NCBI RefSeq assembly: GCF_006345805.1
Contig: NC_043001.1
Span: 30,256,001-30,320,000 of the forward strand
Reading direction: 5' to 3'
DNA: 64,000 bases
Source: Octopus sinensis
Lineage: Eukaryota
Program-made: the position numbers and the translations under genes
Shown: positions 36,512-50,609 of the stretch, piece after piece
Numbering within the stretch: position 1 is the stretch's first letter
Layout of the letters: each line of letters begins with the position of its first letter
The notes under the pieces: model-generated
Databases searched by the model: none
Seen by the model: the letters and a program-made list of their open reading frames with translations, nothing else
What the model was told of the DNA's origin: nothing

Positions 36512-37041
36512 TATATATATATATATATTCAAAAATACATGTCAATTCATATTTAATAATATCTAAGAACAATAAGATTACTAATTTAATATAAATAATT
36601 ATCAAATTGTACTGATGAACCAAAATAATTAAGCTTAATTAATCCAGATGCTAAATGAAACAATTCTATTAAAAATTCTGAAAAACATAATGGCAAAATA
36701 AGTATTTTTTGCAATAAATATTCTGCTAAGAAAAATAATATCAATATTTTATGAAGCTTTACGAACAATGTTTAATTGTAAATTAATGCACAAGGATTAT
36801 AATCTTCAAAAAAAAAATACATATAACAAAATATCAGTTTCTTAGTAAAAGATACAAGGCCTTGTATTTTTTCGTTCCTTATTTTATTTTTTCATGTTTT
36901 ATTTGTTTCAGTCTTTGAGTTACAGTGAAACTAAGCACAGCCTTGAAGAGTTTAGTGGAGTAAATGGACCCCTGTGCTTATTTTTGAGTTCGGTGCCTAT
37001 TATATTGGTCCTTTTTGTCAAAGTGCTAGGTTACAGGGATG

Positions 37042-37495
37042 TACCATAAATCCTCGAGTATAATCTGCATTTTTTTCCCCAAAATTTAAAGGTCAAAGTC
37101 CCTAGTGCGTACTATATACGAGGTTAAAAATGAAAAATATTTTCTAAACAATGTCCGAGTCACTATTTGCTGTCCGGCAATGTTTATTCAGACACATTTT
37201 GTGATGTCGGGCGCGAAAATACCTTAAGCTAAGCCTGAAAGCAAACACAGAATAACAAAAACAATTTGCAAACATATTTACATTCCCATATAACAGTTAA
37301 GAACATCACCATTATTGTATTACGCATGCGCGGAAGTGTTTGTTCGACTAGGTGCTGCTGGCTTAATTACACACGACTCATGTTAAAGAAGGGGTGTGTA
37401 TTATACACAAGGTTTAGGTTTTTCAAAAGTACAGCCCCCTAAAAATTCCCTGTGTATTATACTCAAGGGCAGACTATACTCGAGGATTTACGGTA
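37042..37495. mobile_element. Tc1/pogo-type MITE inserted at a TA inside a family A SINE (36890-37720, -)
   Basis: TIR TACCATAAATCCTCGAGTATAATCTGC / GCAGACTATACTCGAGGATTTACGGTA. SINE sequence resumes on both sides. Confidence 0.85.
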
Positions 37496-38429
37496 AGCAA
37501 ATAAACACCAGGATACCAGGTTGCCAAGCAGTGGGAGTGCCAGGAGGAACAAATACAAAAACATGCATGTACATATATAAATTATGGACTTCCACACAGT
37601 TTCCATCTACCAAATTCACTCACAAGGCATTTGTCAGTTTGGGGCTACAATAGGACGGAACCTGAAACCATGTGGTTGCAAAACAAGCTTCTTAACCACA
37701 CAGCCATGCCTGCACCTGAGAAAGGTTATAATCAATTGAATCAACTAGTATCCATTAAGGGTATAAATACTGGAGAGATGATGAATCAAGTTAAATACAT
37801 TTGAATTCAAAAAGTAAAGAGGGCAAGAACTAAAATAGAAATTATGCAAAGAAACAATACGGTCAGATTTCTCAAAATATTAGTACCCACTGATGAGGTA
37901 ATTACAGGACCGAGAATGACAATGTGCCATACTACAGACTCATCTAAATAATGCCAGCAGAGGAAAATGGATGCTAAAATAACATTCATGGTGATAAGAG
38001 TAGTGGTTGTGATGATGTTGTTATTGGTGGTGGTGGTGGTACCTGAATCAAACCAGGACGAATCGAATCACCAGTCTGTGACTATATATAAATTGGGTAA
38101 AAACTATTTACTGATATACCACAGTGATGCATATCATCATCATCGTTTAACGTCCGCTTTCCATGCTGGCATGGGTTGGACGGTTCAACTGGGGTCTGGG
38201 AAGCCAGAAGGCTGCACCAGGCCCAGTCTGATCTGACAGTGTTTCTACAGCTGGATGCCCTTCCTAACGCCAACCACTCCGTGAGTGTAGTGGGTGCTTT
38301 TTATGTGCCACCAGCACAGGCATATGTAGGATTAAATTCTATAACGAATTAAAAGCAGGAATAGTGCTATTAACATTATCAACCAGACATACTCAATGTA
38401 TGTTTTGTTTGTTCGCTGGTTCATTGTGG

Positions 38430-39130
38430 TATGGTACCTGGGGAACAACTCCCTCATTATGCTGGGTGTTAAAACACCTGAAAGTCATAGACAGATAAGA
38501 CAACTTACCTCCAATTGAATTCAGGTGTGATGGATGCCAATATTTTGCCATTTTTTTCATAGACTGGTGATTCGATTCATTTCTGGTTTGATTAAGTTAT
38601 ATGATACTGATAAGCCAAAAAAATGGTGAAACATCAGTATCCATCGTTCCTGAATTTAATCAGAGGCAAGTTGTCTCACCTGTCTACAACACCCACCATA
38701 ATGAGGGAGTCATCCCCCAGGTACTATTCCACAGCAAACTGGTGAACAAATAAAACACATTCATTGAGTATGTACATTTGATAATGTTTACAACACTATT
38801 TCTGCTTATAATTTATTATTGAATTTAATTATACGTATGCATTAGCATGACATGCCAGCAAATAGATTTTACGCAATTTATATATAGTGATAGCCTGGCA
38901 ATTCCGTTCATTCCCAGTTAAATTCAGGTACATGATGTTGATAAGCCCCAAAAATGGCAAAATATCGATATCCATCACTCCTGAATTCAATCAGAGGCAA
39001 ATTATCTCACCTATCTATGACTTTCAGGTGCTTTAGCACCCAGCATAATGAGGGAGTCATCCACCAGGTGCTATACCACAGGGAGTCAGCAAATAAACAA
39101 GACAAGTATGTGCAGTCGATAATGTTTAAT
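38430..39130. repeat. interspersed repeat with one inverted and two direct ~130-bp units, related to 13500-14160
   Basis: CTCCTGAATTCAATCAGAGGCAAATTATCTCACC-like units at about 38640 and 38975, inverted at about 38480-38550, and again at about 14005. Confidence 0.65.
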
Positions 39131-39329
39131 TCATTATTGAATTTAATATATATAAAGGTAAATATGTAAATATACATAAAGATGTGCTGATTGCTAAATG
39201 TTGATGGAACCTGTAGACAAAGAAGACCCAGGAAAATATGAGATATAAAGTGGTCAAGAATGATCTCCAGATCTTGAGCTTCATGGAGGATATGACAATG
39301 GACTGGAATGGTTGGGGATTTGCTCAGCT

Positions 39330-40240
39330 TGACAAAACTCAGGGAGGGTGATGGATGGTTTTGATGCTTGTCCCTGTCAAGTAGTTGGTTACCAGTTTGG
39401 AATTGTGGATTGGTGCATTGTCCTGGTGTAGGTACCACCAGTTTGAGAGGAAGAGTTCTGACCCTTTGTGACAAAATCTCTTCCTGAACTTCCTCAAAAC
39501 TTCTACAAAATATTCTGTGTTGTCTGTCTGGCCAGAGGGAATTCAGTGAATGTAGATGATGCTCTTGTGATTGAAAAAGAGGATCATCATAAGCTTCCCA
39601 GAGGACTTACTTTGCCTGGCCTTCTTGGACCTGGGGGAGCCATGATGCCTCTATTGGGCACTTGATCTCTAGATCATAACAGTGGACCTAGCTTTTGTTA
39701 TAGGTCACCAGAGACTCAAGTATTTATGGATTGGAGATAATGAGTTCAACCATCTCCTGTTGTCACCAATGCATATTTCTTTTAGTTCATCACCAAACAC
39801 TCTGAGAACTTTGCTCAAAGTTCAGATCTTCATGAATAATTGTGTTACACAAACTTCAAATTGTATGCTTATTGCCATTATAGACAATTTTCATCTATTT
39901 TCATCAATTGCTCAACCACTCCTTGTCCCACTCCTTCCCATACCTCTCAACTGTCCTTGAACATCTTGTACCAGTGAAAAACAGATGTACCAGTGAAAAA
40001 CAAATGTACCAGTGAAAAACAAATGTACCAGTGAAAAACAGATGCTTAGCTTAAACAAGTTAATCCATTACTGGCTGGAGCATTTCATAACTTTCTGTAG
40101 CATTTTTATCCTGTTTAACACAAAACTTTGTTGCGTAGCAAGCTTCCAAATTTTTTTCATGTCATGACTGCATTCTGCAAACTAGTCAGCTGTGGTAAGC
40201 AGTGTTCAGTAGGGTGAGTTCAAAGTGCTGTTACAGCCGT
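39330..40240 (-). mobile_element. mariner transposase relic (different subfamily from 9440-10270)
   Basis: Minus-strand SKKARQSKSSGKLMMILFF...HKGSELFLSNWWYLHQDNAPIH. A 19-bp unit repeated 4 times sits inside at 39965-40045. Confidence 0.8.
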
Positions 40241-40289
40241 CCTCTTCAATCTGGAATAATAAAAGTTAGCAGGTCAGCTTATTAGATGT

Positions 40290-40445
40290 ATATTAATGAT
40301 GTAATAATAATAGTAATGATATAATAATAATAGTAATGATATAATAATGATAGTAATGATATAATAATAGTAATGATATAATAATAATAGTAATGATATA
40401 ATAATAATAGTAATGATATAATAATGATAGTAATTATATAACAAT
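40290..40445. repeat. (TAATAATAGTAATGATA)-type minisatellite
   Basis: Directly visible. Confidence 0.9.
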
Positions 40446-40499
40446 AATCTAGGTGGTTATAACTGTATCTCCTAAAACTCTCAAACCTTCTGGGATGCA

Positions 40500-41260
40500 C
40501 GTTGTATTTTTATGCTTCTACATCCAGTCTATCCCGAACCAACCTACCCTCCCTTCTACTCCCACAACTCATGTCTATGCACCCAATCCATTCCTGATGA
40601 ACACCACCTCCTGACACAGGCCATTTTCCCCACAACTCATCTTCTTAACACCCATCAGTTCATCACCCTTTTAACTACAGAGCTAGCAATTAAACTCTGT
40701 AATTTTGAGACCCCTACTTTCTCCACACGCTCTCAGTATCATCCCTTATCTCTCTATATCTGCTGAACATTTCTTTCACCTCCCCTTCACCTGTACACCT
40801 CCTCCTTTTCCAAGCAGCAGCCCCTCCAACCCCCATTACTTCTGTCCATCTCCCACCATATACCACTGACTTTCCCCTAGCACTGTGCATCTCTTTTGCA
40901 CACAACCCTCCACTACACATCATCTTTACTGCCACCTATTACCTCTCTGACCCAAACCCATTTCCCCTGCCTTTCCCTCATATATTCATGACTAACCTTG
41001 CCGCCACCCATATTCATCACTCACTACATCTCCCTCTATCCATCTGCTACTTGCCTCTCATTCTCCCATGAACTTACTTACCCACTCATACCACTTCTCT
41101 TTATTCACCTTCTTGTAACTTAAGGAAATGCCCTGATACATTTTAACCCTCCTCCACTAATCCAATCAAGGTAACCATGTATCTCTCCTGCAGCAAGATA
41201 CCTGTTCCTGTCCACCACCATAATTTAACATTTCATCACCTAGCATAAAGCCACCTCCCA
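40500..41260 (-). mobile_element. degenerate LINE (RTE-like) internal fragment
   Basis: Pyrimidine-rich + strand. Minus peptide AAAWKRRR...YREIR resembles the endonuclease-RT linker. Confidence 0.45.
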
Positions 41261-41492
41261 ACTCATCTGTCTTGTCTTGCTAGTTATTTGAAAACCTCAC
41301 GAGTCCCGGTATCATGTACAAACACCAGTACACTCTGTAAAGTGGTTGGTGTTAGGAAGAGCATCCAGCTGTAGAAACCATGTCAAAGCAGACATTATAA
41401 CTTGGCATGGTTTGTACACTCAACTCCTGTCAAACCATCAAACCCATAGCAGCATGGAAAAAGAATGTTAAATGATTATATATATATATATA

Positions 41493-41880
41493 AGGTGCAG
41501 GAGTGGCTGTGTGGTAAGTAGCTTGCTTACCAACCACACAGTTCTGGGTTCAGTACCACTGTGTGGTACTTTGGGCAAGTGTCTTCTATTATAGCCTCGG
41601 GCCAACCAAAGCCTTGTGAGTGTATTTGGTAGAGAGAAACTGAAAGAAGCCCGTTGTATATATGTATGTATGTATGTGTGTGTGTGTGTGTCCGTCCCCA
41701 CCAACATCTCTTGACAACCAATACTGGTGTGTTTGCATCCCCATAACTTAGCGGTTTGGCAAAAGAGACTGATAGAATAAGTACTAGGCTTACAAAGAAT
41801 AAGTCCTGGGGTCGATTTGCTTGACTAAAGGCGGTGCTCCAGCATGGCCACAGTCAAATGACTGAAACAAGTAAAAGAGT
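41493..41880 (+). mobile_element. SINE family A
   Basis: Matches 1861-2240. Confidence 0.85.
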
Positions 41881-42259
41881 ATATATATCATCATCATCAT
41901 TTAATGTCTGTTGTCCATGCTGCATGGGCTGGACAGTTTGACTGGACTGGAACGCAGGAAGGTTGCACCAGACTTCAGTCTGATTTGGCATGGTTTCTAT
42001 GGCTGGATTCCCTAATACCAACCAATCCGAGAATGTAATGAGTGTGTTTGCATTCCACTAGCATGGATGCCATTTGTGTGACACCCGTATCTACCACAAC
42101 TATGATTTTACTTGATTTGATGGGTCTTCTTCTCAATTTGTCATTGCCTCTGTGAGGCCCAATGCCTGAAAGGAGCTTTTTACCTGCCACTTTGTCTCTG
42201 TGTGGCCCAACGCTCAAAGGTGCTTTTTATGTGCCACCAGCACAGGTGCCAGTTACGTG

Positions 42260-43450
42260 ACACAAGCATCAGCCACGACTACAATTTCACTTGGCTTGAC
42301 AGGTTTCCTCAAGCACAGTAAATTGCCGAAGGTCTCGGTTACTAGTCATTGCCTCTGTGAGGCCCAGAGTTCAAAGATCATGCTTCACCACCTCATCCCA
42401 TGTCTTCCTTGGTCTACCTCTACCACAGCTTCCCTCCACAGTTTGAGATTAGCACTTCTTTACACAGCTGTCCTCATCCATACACATCACATAACCATAC
42501 CAGTGCAGTTATCTCTCTTGCACATCACATCTGATGTCTCTTCTGCCCAACTTTTTTCTAAAGATGCTTACACTCTGTTGAACATGCACATTGACATTGC
42601 ACATCCAGCAAAACATACTGCCTTGATTTCTTTCCAGCCTACGCATGTCCTCAGCTGTCACAGGCCAAGTTTCGCTGCAGTGTATATTTCTTTATTGCCC
42701 ACAAGGGGCTAAACATAGAGGACAAACAAGGACAGACAAAGGGATTAAGTCGATTACATCGACCCCAGTGCGAAACTGGTACTTTATTAATCGACCCCGA
42801 AAGGATGAAAGGCAAAGTCGACCTCGGCAGAATTTGAACTCAGAACGTAACAACAGGCGAAATACCGCTAAGCATTCAGCCCGGCACACTAACGTGTCTG
42901 CCAGCTCGCCACCTTTCACTGCAGTGTAGCATAGCTGTTTGCACACAGGCATCTTACAATCTGCCTTTCACTCTGAGGGACCCTTTGTTGCTAGCAGAGG
43001 CAGGAACTCTCTGAACTTTGACCAGCCTATTCTTATACTGTTATGCTCTTAGAGCATCCATCTCCACTACTAACTTGCTCACCTAGATAACGGAAGCTAT
43101 CTACTACCTCTAGCTTACCCCATTGGCAGTTGGAGTATATTTTCTGTACATTTTTGGTGTTTATTGTACCTGTACATCTTCCACACACTCAAGCTACTTT
43201 CCCTGTTAACTTTCCTCTGATATTGCTGCACCTCTTATGTGTCCATAGCTTACACTGGGTATATCTTATGGAGTTTCTACCTATGCCTTTTCTACAGACT
43301 GAGCAGGGCCATCGACCTGAAGGGATATGCGATTTGTCTGCCTTCCTACTTACTAAGACTTTGGTTTTTGCTAGGTTAACTTTAAGGCTCTTCAATTCTT
43401 GCTTCCATATCTGAAACATCTCTGGTTCTGGTAGCAATTCAGCTATTGTC
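42260..43450 (-). mobile_element. RTE LINE fragments interrupted by a family D SINE (42685-42913)
   Basis: LKVNLAKTKVLVS...WPCSVCRKGIGRNSI...KLWTHKRCS (RT with zinc-finger insert) and the PRKTWDEVVKHD-type 3' end. Confidence 0.8.
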
Positions 43451-44032
43451 AGTAGATCATATATCTGAAAAATAAGTACACTCTAAATGGTTGCATGCCC
43501 ATGGCCATTTGAGTCTAATAAGCTGTATATAAAGCTAAGTAATTTATGGATGCAAAACCATTGGTCACTCTTCGATATAATTAACTTCTTAATATATATA
43601 TATATATATCATCATCATCGTTTAACATCTGTTTTCCGTGCTAGCATGAGTTGGACGGTTCGACCGGTGTTTCTACAGCTGGATGCCCTTCCTAACGCCA
43701 ACCACTCCGTGAGTGTAGTGGGTGCTTTTTACATGCCACCGGCACGGAAGCCAGTCAAGGCAGTGCTGGCATTGACCACATTTGGATGGTGCTTTTTACG
43801 TGCCACAGGTATCACAACTACAATTTCCATTTGATTTTTTGATGTTGATGTACTTGAGTCAATAGGTCTCCTCAAGCACAGCAGGTTGCCCTACGATCCA
43901 AGGTAAGTATAGCAGGCCGTTCTGCGATCCAAGGCACTTTGGATGGGCTGGAGCTTCTATGTGAAGCTGGTGCAGGAAACAGCCTTGAACTCACGTTATT
44001 TGTCGGGTCTTCGCAGTCACAGCATATATATG

Positions 44033-44064
<32 letters not shown>

Positions 44065-44739
44065 GCGCGCGCACATGCACACACACACACAATCATCATT
44101 TAAGATCCGTTTTTCATGCTGGCATGGGTTGGACGATTCAACAGAAGCTGGCAGGCATGAGGGCTAGACCAAGCTCGAATGACTGCTAGATACCTTTCCT
44201 AATGGCAACTACTTTACAAAGTGTACAGGGTGCTTCCTATGTGGAACTGCCACAAGTAATGAGTGGTTAAAGGGACAGGAATAGGAATCTTGCTATAGAG
44301 GAGATATAGGGTTAACCTGGTTGGAAAAGAAACATAATGGTGAAGATATGCAGGGCATACCCTCAAATTACAGAAAAGTAAGCACAAAAAGCAGGATTCT
44401 AATTCTATTGGTCTCTTTTTCCAAACTATTAAGTTACAGGGATGTAAACAAACTAACACCAGTGGTCACGTAAAACTGGGGACAAACACACATACACACC
44501 TATGCTGGACTTCTTTGAGTTTCTGTCAATCAAATCCACTTTTATACATTATGAACTTCCACGCAGTTTCCGTCTACCAAATTCACTCACAAGGCATTTG
44601 TCAGTTTGGAGCTACAATGGGACATTTTAGTTGGCCCAGAACTACAGTATAAGACACTTGCCCAAGGTGCTATGCAGTGGGATTGAACCAAATGGTTGTG
44701 AAACAAGCTTTTTCATTTCATTACATTTGCCATAAAGGC

Positions 44740-46200
44740 ATAATACAGATGGAAGCTTGAGGGCTGAACACAGACAATGCCCACCGATTGTTACTTCCTG
44801 ATAACATTGTTCTTTTTTTGAAAAACCACAAACGAGGTAATGAACCTCTTTAACAGTTACAAATTGAAGCGCTGAGCCTCTTACCAATCAAATCTCACAA
44901 AAGTTTAGCAAACATATACAATCATTTTTTTCAACTTGAGGCACTAAGCCTCTTACCAAACTCACCAAATTCAAATTGAGGCACAAAAACCTCTTACTCT
45001 ACTTCCCCGACTAAGTCTCTTACTGCCTGCAGTCACAAGGTGAGGCCCCATAAGAGACAATTGTATTCATCCTTAGTAAAGGAATCTATCACCCTGTAGA
45101 AATAATTTTCTGCCATGACCTCTGTAGTCATCTGTGGAGGCCAGTCCGGGCTTTCAATGCAGGTCAGGACCGCCTGTTTCCGACCTTCCAGATTCCTCAC
45201 AAAGTTCTCTATGGCCCCTCCCTTAAGAAAGAAGATCACAAATTCCTCATTTATTATACTGGGAGGGGCTACAGTTTCCTCCATCAATGGCACAATTCCC
45301 ACCAAGGTTTCAGGACATGCCAGCAGTGTACTGCTAACCGCTGGCACTGTCCCATTCTTTTTCTTCTTTTTTCTCATCTTTGATATGGGAGGGGGTGGTT
45401 CCTCTGCTTTAACCAGAGGATCATCCCTCAACTCCTGCAGCTTTAGGGTCCTTTGGTAAGCAACCATTGTTACCCACCTTCTTCCTTTTTTTCGGGGAGG
45501 TCTCTACCTTCTCAACTACCTCCATCTCTCCTTCCAGAAGAGGTGGGGGAGCTCTTCCACTGCCAACTGTTCCAGGACCCTACTCTGGTACTGGGGACAG
45601 TTCTTTTTAATGTGGCCTGGTTCCAGGCACAGGTGACACTTGGGGAGGGGGCGTCCCTCAAGTATAACTGGATACCTGCAACCGGCCATTTTCAAAAAAT
45701 CTGGAAAGACCAGATTCTTGGCTGATTGGGTCCACAGGGTCAAAACAGCTTTTGACCCAACCCAATCAGCCGCTGGCAAAATTTTAACATTAAGCAGCTT
45801 GGATCCGCTGCCACCCAGACCCCAGAAGATAGTATCCGCTATCCACTCGGGTTCTATCCAGGGTGGCAACCCACAGACCCAAGCTCTTGTCAACTTCTTC
45901 CCACAATACGTGAGAAGAAACAAAATCTCTTCGCCCTCTAAGGGCTGGCTCGCAAATTTGCAAGCCTCCTCAGGGGTGTCAAATAGCAACCACACCACTG
46001 CATACTTGACCCCAATGGAGATGAATTTAATAGTTGGCAAATACTTTGCCAACACTTTTTCAATTTTTGTTTTTTTAAAGAGAGCGATGGTGTCCAGCAA
46101 CTTTGAGTAAGTCCTTAACACCACCGTCCTCTCTTCAAAGTCTTTCATCCACTGTTTGGGTGGGACAACCTCCCACTCCAACGTAGAGTTGTTTATCTTT
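44740..46200 (-). mobile_element. frameshifted gag-like ORF1 (CCHC zinc knuckle) of a non-LTR element, with no ORF2 visible
   Basis: CHLCLEPGHIKKNC knuckle after an RRM-like region (45516-46181). Continues across at least two frameshifts through SPKKRKKV into 45033-45467. Confidence 0.7.
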
Positions 46201-46739
46201 CTTGCTATGTTTTTTGAGAAAAAAATTCACAGAAAACAACAGTTCACAGATTTAAAAAAACAAAAAAATGCACGAAAGAAGGAAGAAGACAAGCAACAGT
46301 TCAAAAACACAGCAAACTATTCTTCTGGTTATCCTGGTACTTCTGGCCAACTCAGTAATCCACTTGGTAATCCAGGGCACACACAACAATTTCACCAAAA
46401 AATGGGTAAAAAATAAGTTCTCAAAACACACTTCTCACCACTAAGTGAGACTTCTAAGCACAACTACAGGCAGACAAATGTCCAGAACTCAGTGGAGATT
46501 TCTTGTTCGACAAAATAATTAAACACAAGCAACAAACCCCCACTGAATCCCCAAAAAACAAATGTCTTACCTTGTAGTTGTGCTTCACTTGTTCAATAAT
46601 TCATGACATTGGGTGTCATGACTCCTAGCAGTGCAAAAAAAAAAAAAACACTGACCAACACAAGCTTCTTACCACATAGCCACACCTGCACATTATGTGT
46701 GTGTGTGTGCGTGTACACACACTTACATATATATATCAA

Positions 46740-47168
46740 AATCAAAATCGAAATCGATCAACAACAATGGAAATTGTAGCTGTGATACCAGTGCTGGTGG
46801 TACGTAAGAGAACCATCTGAACATGGCCGTTGCCAGCGCCGCCCTGACTGGCCTCCATTCCTGTGGCACATAAAAAGCACCATCCGATCATGGCCATTGC
46901 CAGCCCCGCCTGGCCCCTGTGCCGGTGGCACGTAAAAAGCACCAACCGATCGTGGCCGTTTGCCAGCATCATTTGGCACCTGTGCCAGTGGCACATAAAA
47001 AGCACCCACTACACTCACGGAGTGGTTGGTGTTAGGAAGGGCATTCAGCTGTAGAAACACTGCCAGATCAGACTGGAACCTGGTACAGCCTTCTGGCTTC
47101 CCAGACCCCAATTGAACCATCCAACCCATGGTAGCATGGAAAGCGGACGCTAAACAATGATGATGATG

Positions 47169-47170
<2 letters not shown>
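46740..47170 (+). mobile_element. SINE family B
   Basis: Closely matches 3790-4255. Confidence 0.85.
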
Positions 47171-47199
<29 letters not shown>

Positions 47200-47202
47200 T
47201 AT

Positions 47203-47815
47203 AATTCACTGTCACTAAAGTAACCAAGGATGCAGGGAGCACCACCATTGCTACAAATGAGCCATAGACTATTCAGCCATAGAAAGCACACGTTCTATTT
47301 GAAATGACAGAGACAATCTCCCCACCACAAGTGAGGTGCATTAGATTAGCATGCTTATTTCATATAGAAATTAATGCTCATCAGTAATGCTTATTCCATT
47401 GCACATGGTGAAGCTAAATTTTTGCCTGTCAGTAATATAGAAAATACCATAGTGGCTGATTCCACAAAATGGTAATGTGAAAATTATAAAATAATTAAGG
47501 TGGCTAGACGCAGTTTAAAACCAAAAAAGAAATAATTCCCCATCACTAATGTGACCAAGGGTGCTGGGAGCAACTCGCAATAGAGTAAGCATCACTGATG
47601 AGTATTAATTTCTAAACGAAATTAATATGCTAATCTAAAGCATCTTGCTTGCACTGAGGAGATCGTCTCCCCTGTCCAAATAGACTGTGCTTTCTGTAGC
47701 TAAAGTGTCTATGACATATTCATAGCAATGCAAGTGCTCTCTGCACCCTTGATCACTTTAGTGACAGGGAATTATTTCGTTTTTGGTTTTAGATTGCATC
47801 TAGCCACCTTAATTA
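47203..47815. mobile_element. foldback/MITE-like element with ~200-bp imperfect inverted arms and an internal terminal copy
   Basis: 47203-47400 pairs with about 47576-47773. 47492-47571 is a direct copy of the terminus, which is also inverted at 47740-47815. Confidence 0.75.
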
Positions 47816-47839
47816 TATATATATATGTGTGTGTCAAGT

Positions 47840-48420
47840 TCATCAACATCAAAATAAAAATTGTATGGATATTGTAGTTGTGATACCCGTGCCGGTAGCA
47901 CGTAGGGCCTCACAGAGGAAATGACGAAGACCAAGACCCCTGAGATATGCTGTGACTGTGAAGACCCGACAAATGGCTCGCAGGACAGCCTGCTGTGCTA
48001 ACCTTGGACCGTAGAGTGACCCGCTGTTCTCAAGGAGACCTATTGAGTCGAGTACGTCAACACCAACATCAAAATAAAAATCAAATGGAAATTGTAGTTA
48101 AGACACCTGTGCCGGTAACACATAAAAAGCACTGCCCAAACATGGCAGATGCCAGCGCTGCTTGACTGGCGTCCGTGTCGGTGACACGTAAAAGCACCAA
48201 CCGATCGTGGCCATTTGCCAGCCTCCTCTGGCACCTTGCCGGTGGCACGTAAAAAACATCCACTACACTCACGGAGTGGTTGGCATTAGGAAGGGCATCC
48301 AGCTGTAGAAACAATGCCAAACCAGACTGGAGCCTGGTGCAGCCTCCATGGCTTACCAGACCCCGGTTGAACCATCCGACCCATACTAGCATGGAAAACG
48401 GATGTTAAATGATGATGATG
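47840..48420 (+). mobile_element. RTE 3' fragment plus SINE family B
   Basis: CCTCACAGAGGAAATGACGAAGACC RTE tail motif, family B body and (GAT)n tail. Confidence 0.75.
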
Positions 48421-48829
48421 ATATATATATAAAATAATAAAACTCAAAAGTTTGTTTTCCTGCCCTTTAAGATGGTAAAGATTACGAATAAAAATGTCAT
48501 TTACCCCTTAAAGTAAAAAAACCAAGTTGAAAATGTTATTTGTGGCAACAACACTTCAAAGAGTTGTCGCAGCTACCACTGTCCGTCCTTTTTTCTGACT
48601 TCCTATTTGCTTCCCTTAATCATTAATACAACTTTCGGAGTGCCATAGACCGAAAGATAAAAATTTTCCCCAATATTTTTATATTTTTATGAATCACAGG
48701 TACTTGATTTTTTTTCTTTTCTGAAAGGGGAAAATTATGTTATTTAAAATAAAATATTAAACTTTATGTTAAGTTTGTCATCTTAATCAAAACCAAACTG
48801 CTGTTCAAACAATGATAACAAAATTAGTC

Positions 48830-49450
48830 AATATCTAATGGGTAGGCATACTGGACCATCTGAAGCAGTTGCATTCATTTTAGGATTTTTAATTCATGAA
48901 AGAGAACCTGCAATATTGAGACTGCAAGTTTATCTAACAGATGAACTAAGAATATTGCTCAGAAATAATGAGGCTGTCAATAAACAACATATGACAGAAG
49001 TATATGGTATTAATCAAACATACTTTTGGCCATTCAGCCAGTTTCACAAAAAACCCAATTTAGTTGTATATCCTGAAACTTATATCAATTTTCTTCACTA
49101 AAGTATTCTTGTGTGAATACAAAAAAAAAAAAAGAATTTTTCTCCTAGATAATATCAACTGAGATGATCTTTTCAAGTAAAATATATCTCAAAAAATTTC
49201 ATCTACAGAATTTAACGTTTTCACTCCCAACATACCCCCAAAACTAATGTTAAGAGGCAGTAATAAATTTTTTTGGCATTTATAGAAAGATACAGGAGTT
49301 ACCATATTTATACTGATCGATACAACATTGACAGAATTCTTTTCATTGTGCATCAATGACTTTGCATAAGCATTACTTTATGCTGAAGTACCCACGTATT
49401 TCACCTGGAACAGTGGTAACAAAGAATGGCAAAAAGTTGAAGGCCATTTG
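48830..49450 (+). mobile_element. Helitron Rep/helicase relic
   Basis: MGRHTGPSEAVAFILGFLIHEREPAILRLQVYL and TTLTEFF..LLYAEVPTYFTWN resemble the conserved RepHel motifs GRYISxxEA..IHER and TTLTAFF..LY.EVP.YYTW. Confidence 0.7.
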
Positions 49451-50024
49451 AATGTTTTCAAAGAAAGAACACATGGTCATGTTAATGTTGTCATAACAAA
49501 GACCAGACAACTGTATTAAAGAATTTTAGTGCATAAAGTTCAAAATGGTATTTTTTCCTTTGCCACTGCACATTAACAGTTTTAACTTGGATTGGTTGTG
49601 ACCCAACGTATCACAGGTACATCTTGTGTGTATGTATATATATATACATATTATGGAGAGGGAGCGCTAAGCAGTGATAAGTAGAATTGTAATGTTATTA
49701 TCAGTCCAAATATGCTTGATGCATGTATAACGCTACCAGTCACTGTATGGTGACTGGAAAAGCATCGAGTCAATCTCTTCAGTCGGCTCATAGCATAGTC
49801 TGTCTAGTGTCTGTCACTGAAAAGGAGATAACTACTCCAAAATGCTAGCACTTCAAAGTCTAAGTAGGTGGTGCTGCAAGCTGATCTAAGTGTATACACA
49901 CCATTTGTCTACAAGTAAGATATATTCTCCAGGACAAAATGCAGTGATTAGCCTGTTCCCCAGTTTGAACATGCATCAAGCATATTCGGCCTGATAACAA
50001 CATATATATATATATATATATATA

Positions 50025-50570
50025 CTCTTTACTCTTACTTGTTTCAATCATTTGACTTCGGCCATGCTGGAGCACTGCCTTTAGTCAAGCAAATCGACAC
50101 CAGGGCTTATTCTTTGTAAGCCCTGTATTTTTGATTTATATATACATATAGCGACATATGTACACCTTTATACAAACACACACATATATATACATACATA
50201 CAGCTTTCAGTTTCTACCTACCAAATCCATAGGCAAGACTTTGGTCAGCCAGGGGCTGTGAAAGACACTTGCCTAAGTTGCCATGCAGTGGTACTGAACT
50301 CAAAACCACACAGCTAGGAAGCAAGCTTCTTCTTAACCACATAGCTATACATGCACCTAAACACACACATACTCCTTTTACTTGTTTCAGTCATTTGACT
50401 GTGGCCATGCTGGAGCACCGCCTTTAGTTGAGCAAATCGACCCCAGGACTTATTCATTGTAAGCTTAGTACTTATTGTCACTCTCTTTTGCCAAACCGCT
50501 AAGTTACGGGGGACATAAACACACCAGCATCAGTTGTCAAGCAATGTTGGGGGGACAAACACAAACATAT

Positions 50571-50609
<39 letters not shown>

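Noticed and set aside
39965-40045. Short regularly spaced direct repeats (also the family B internal units)
   Set aside because: Head-to-tail tandem units with no unique spacers, in a eukaryotic context, so not CRISPR.
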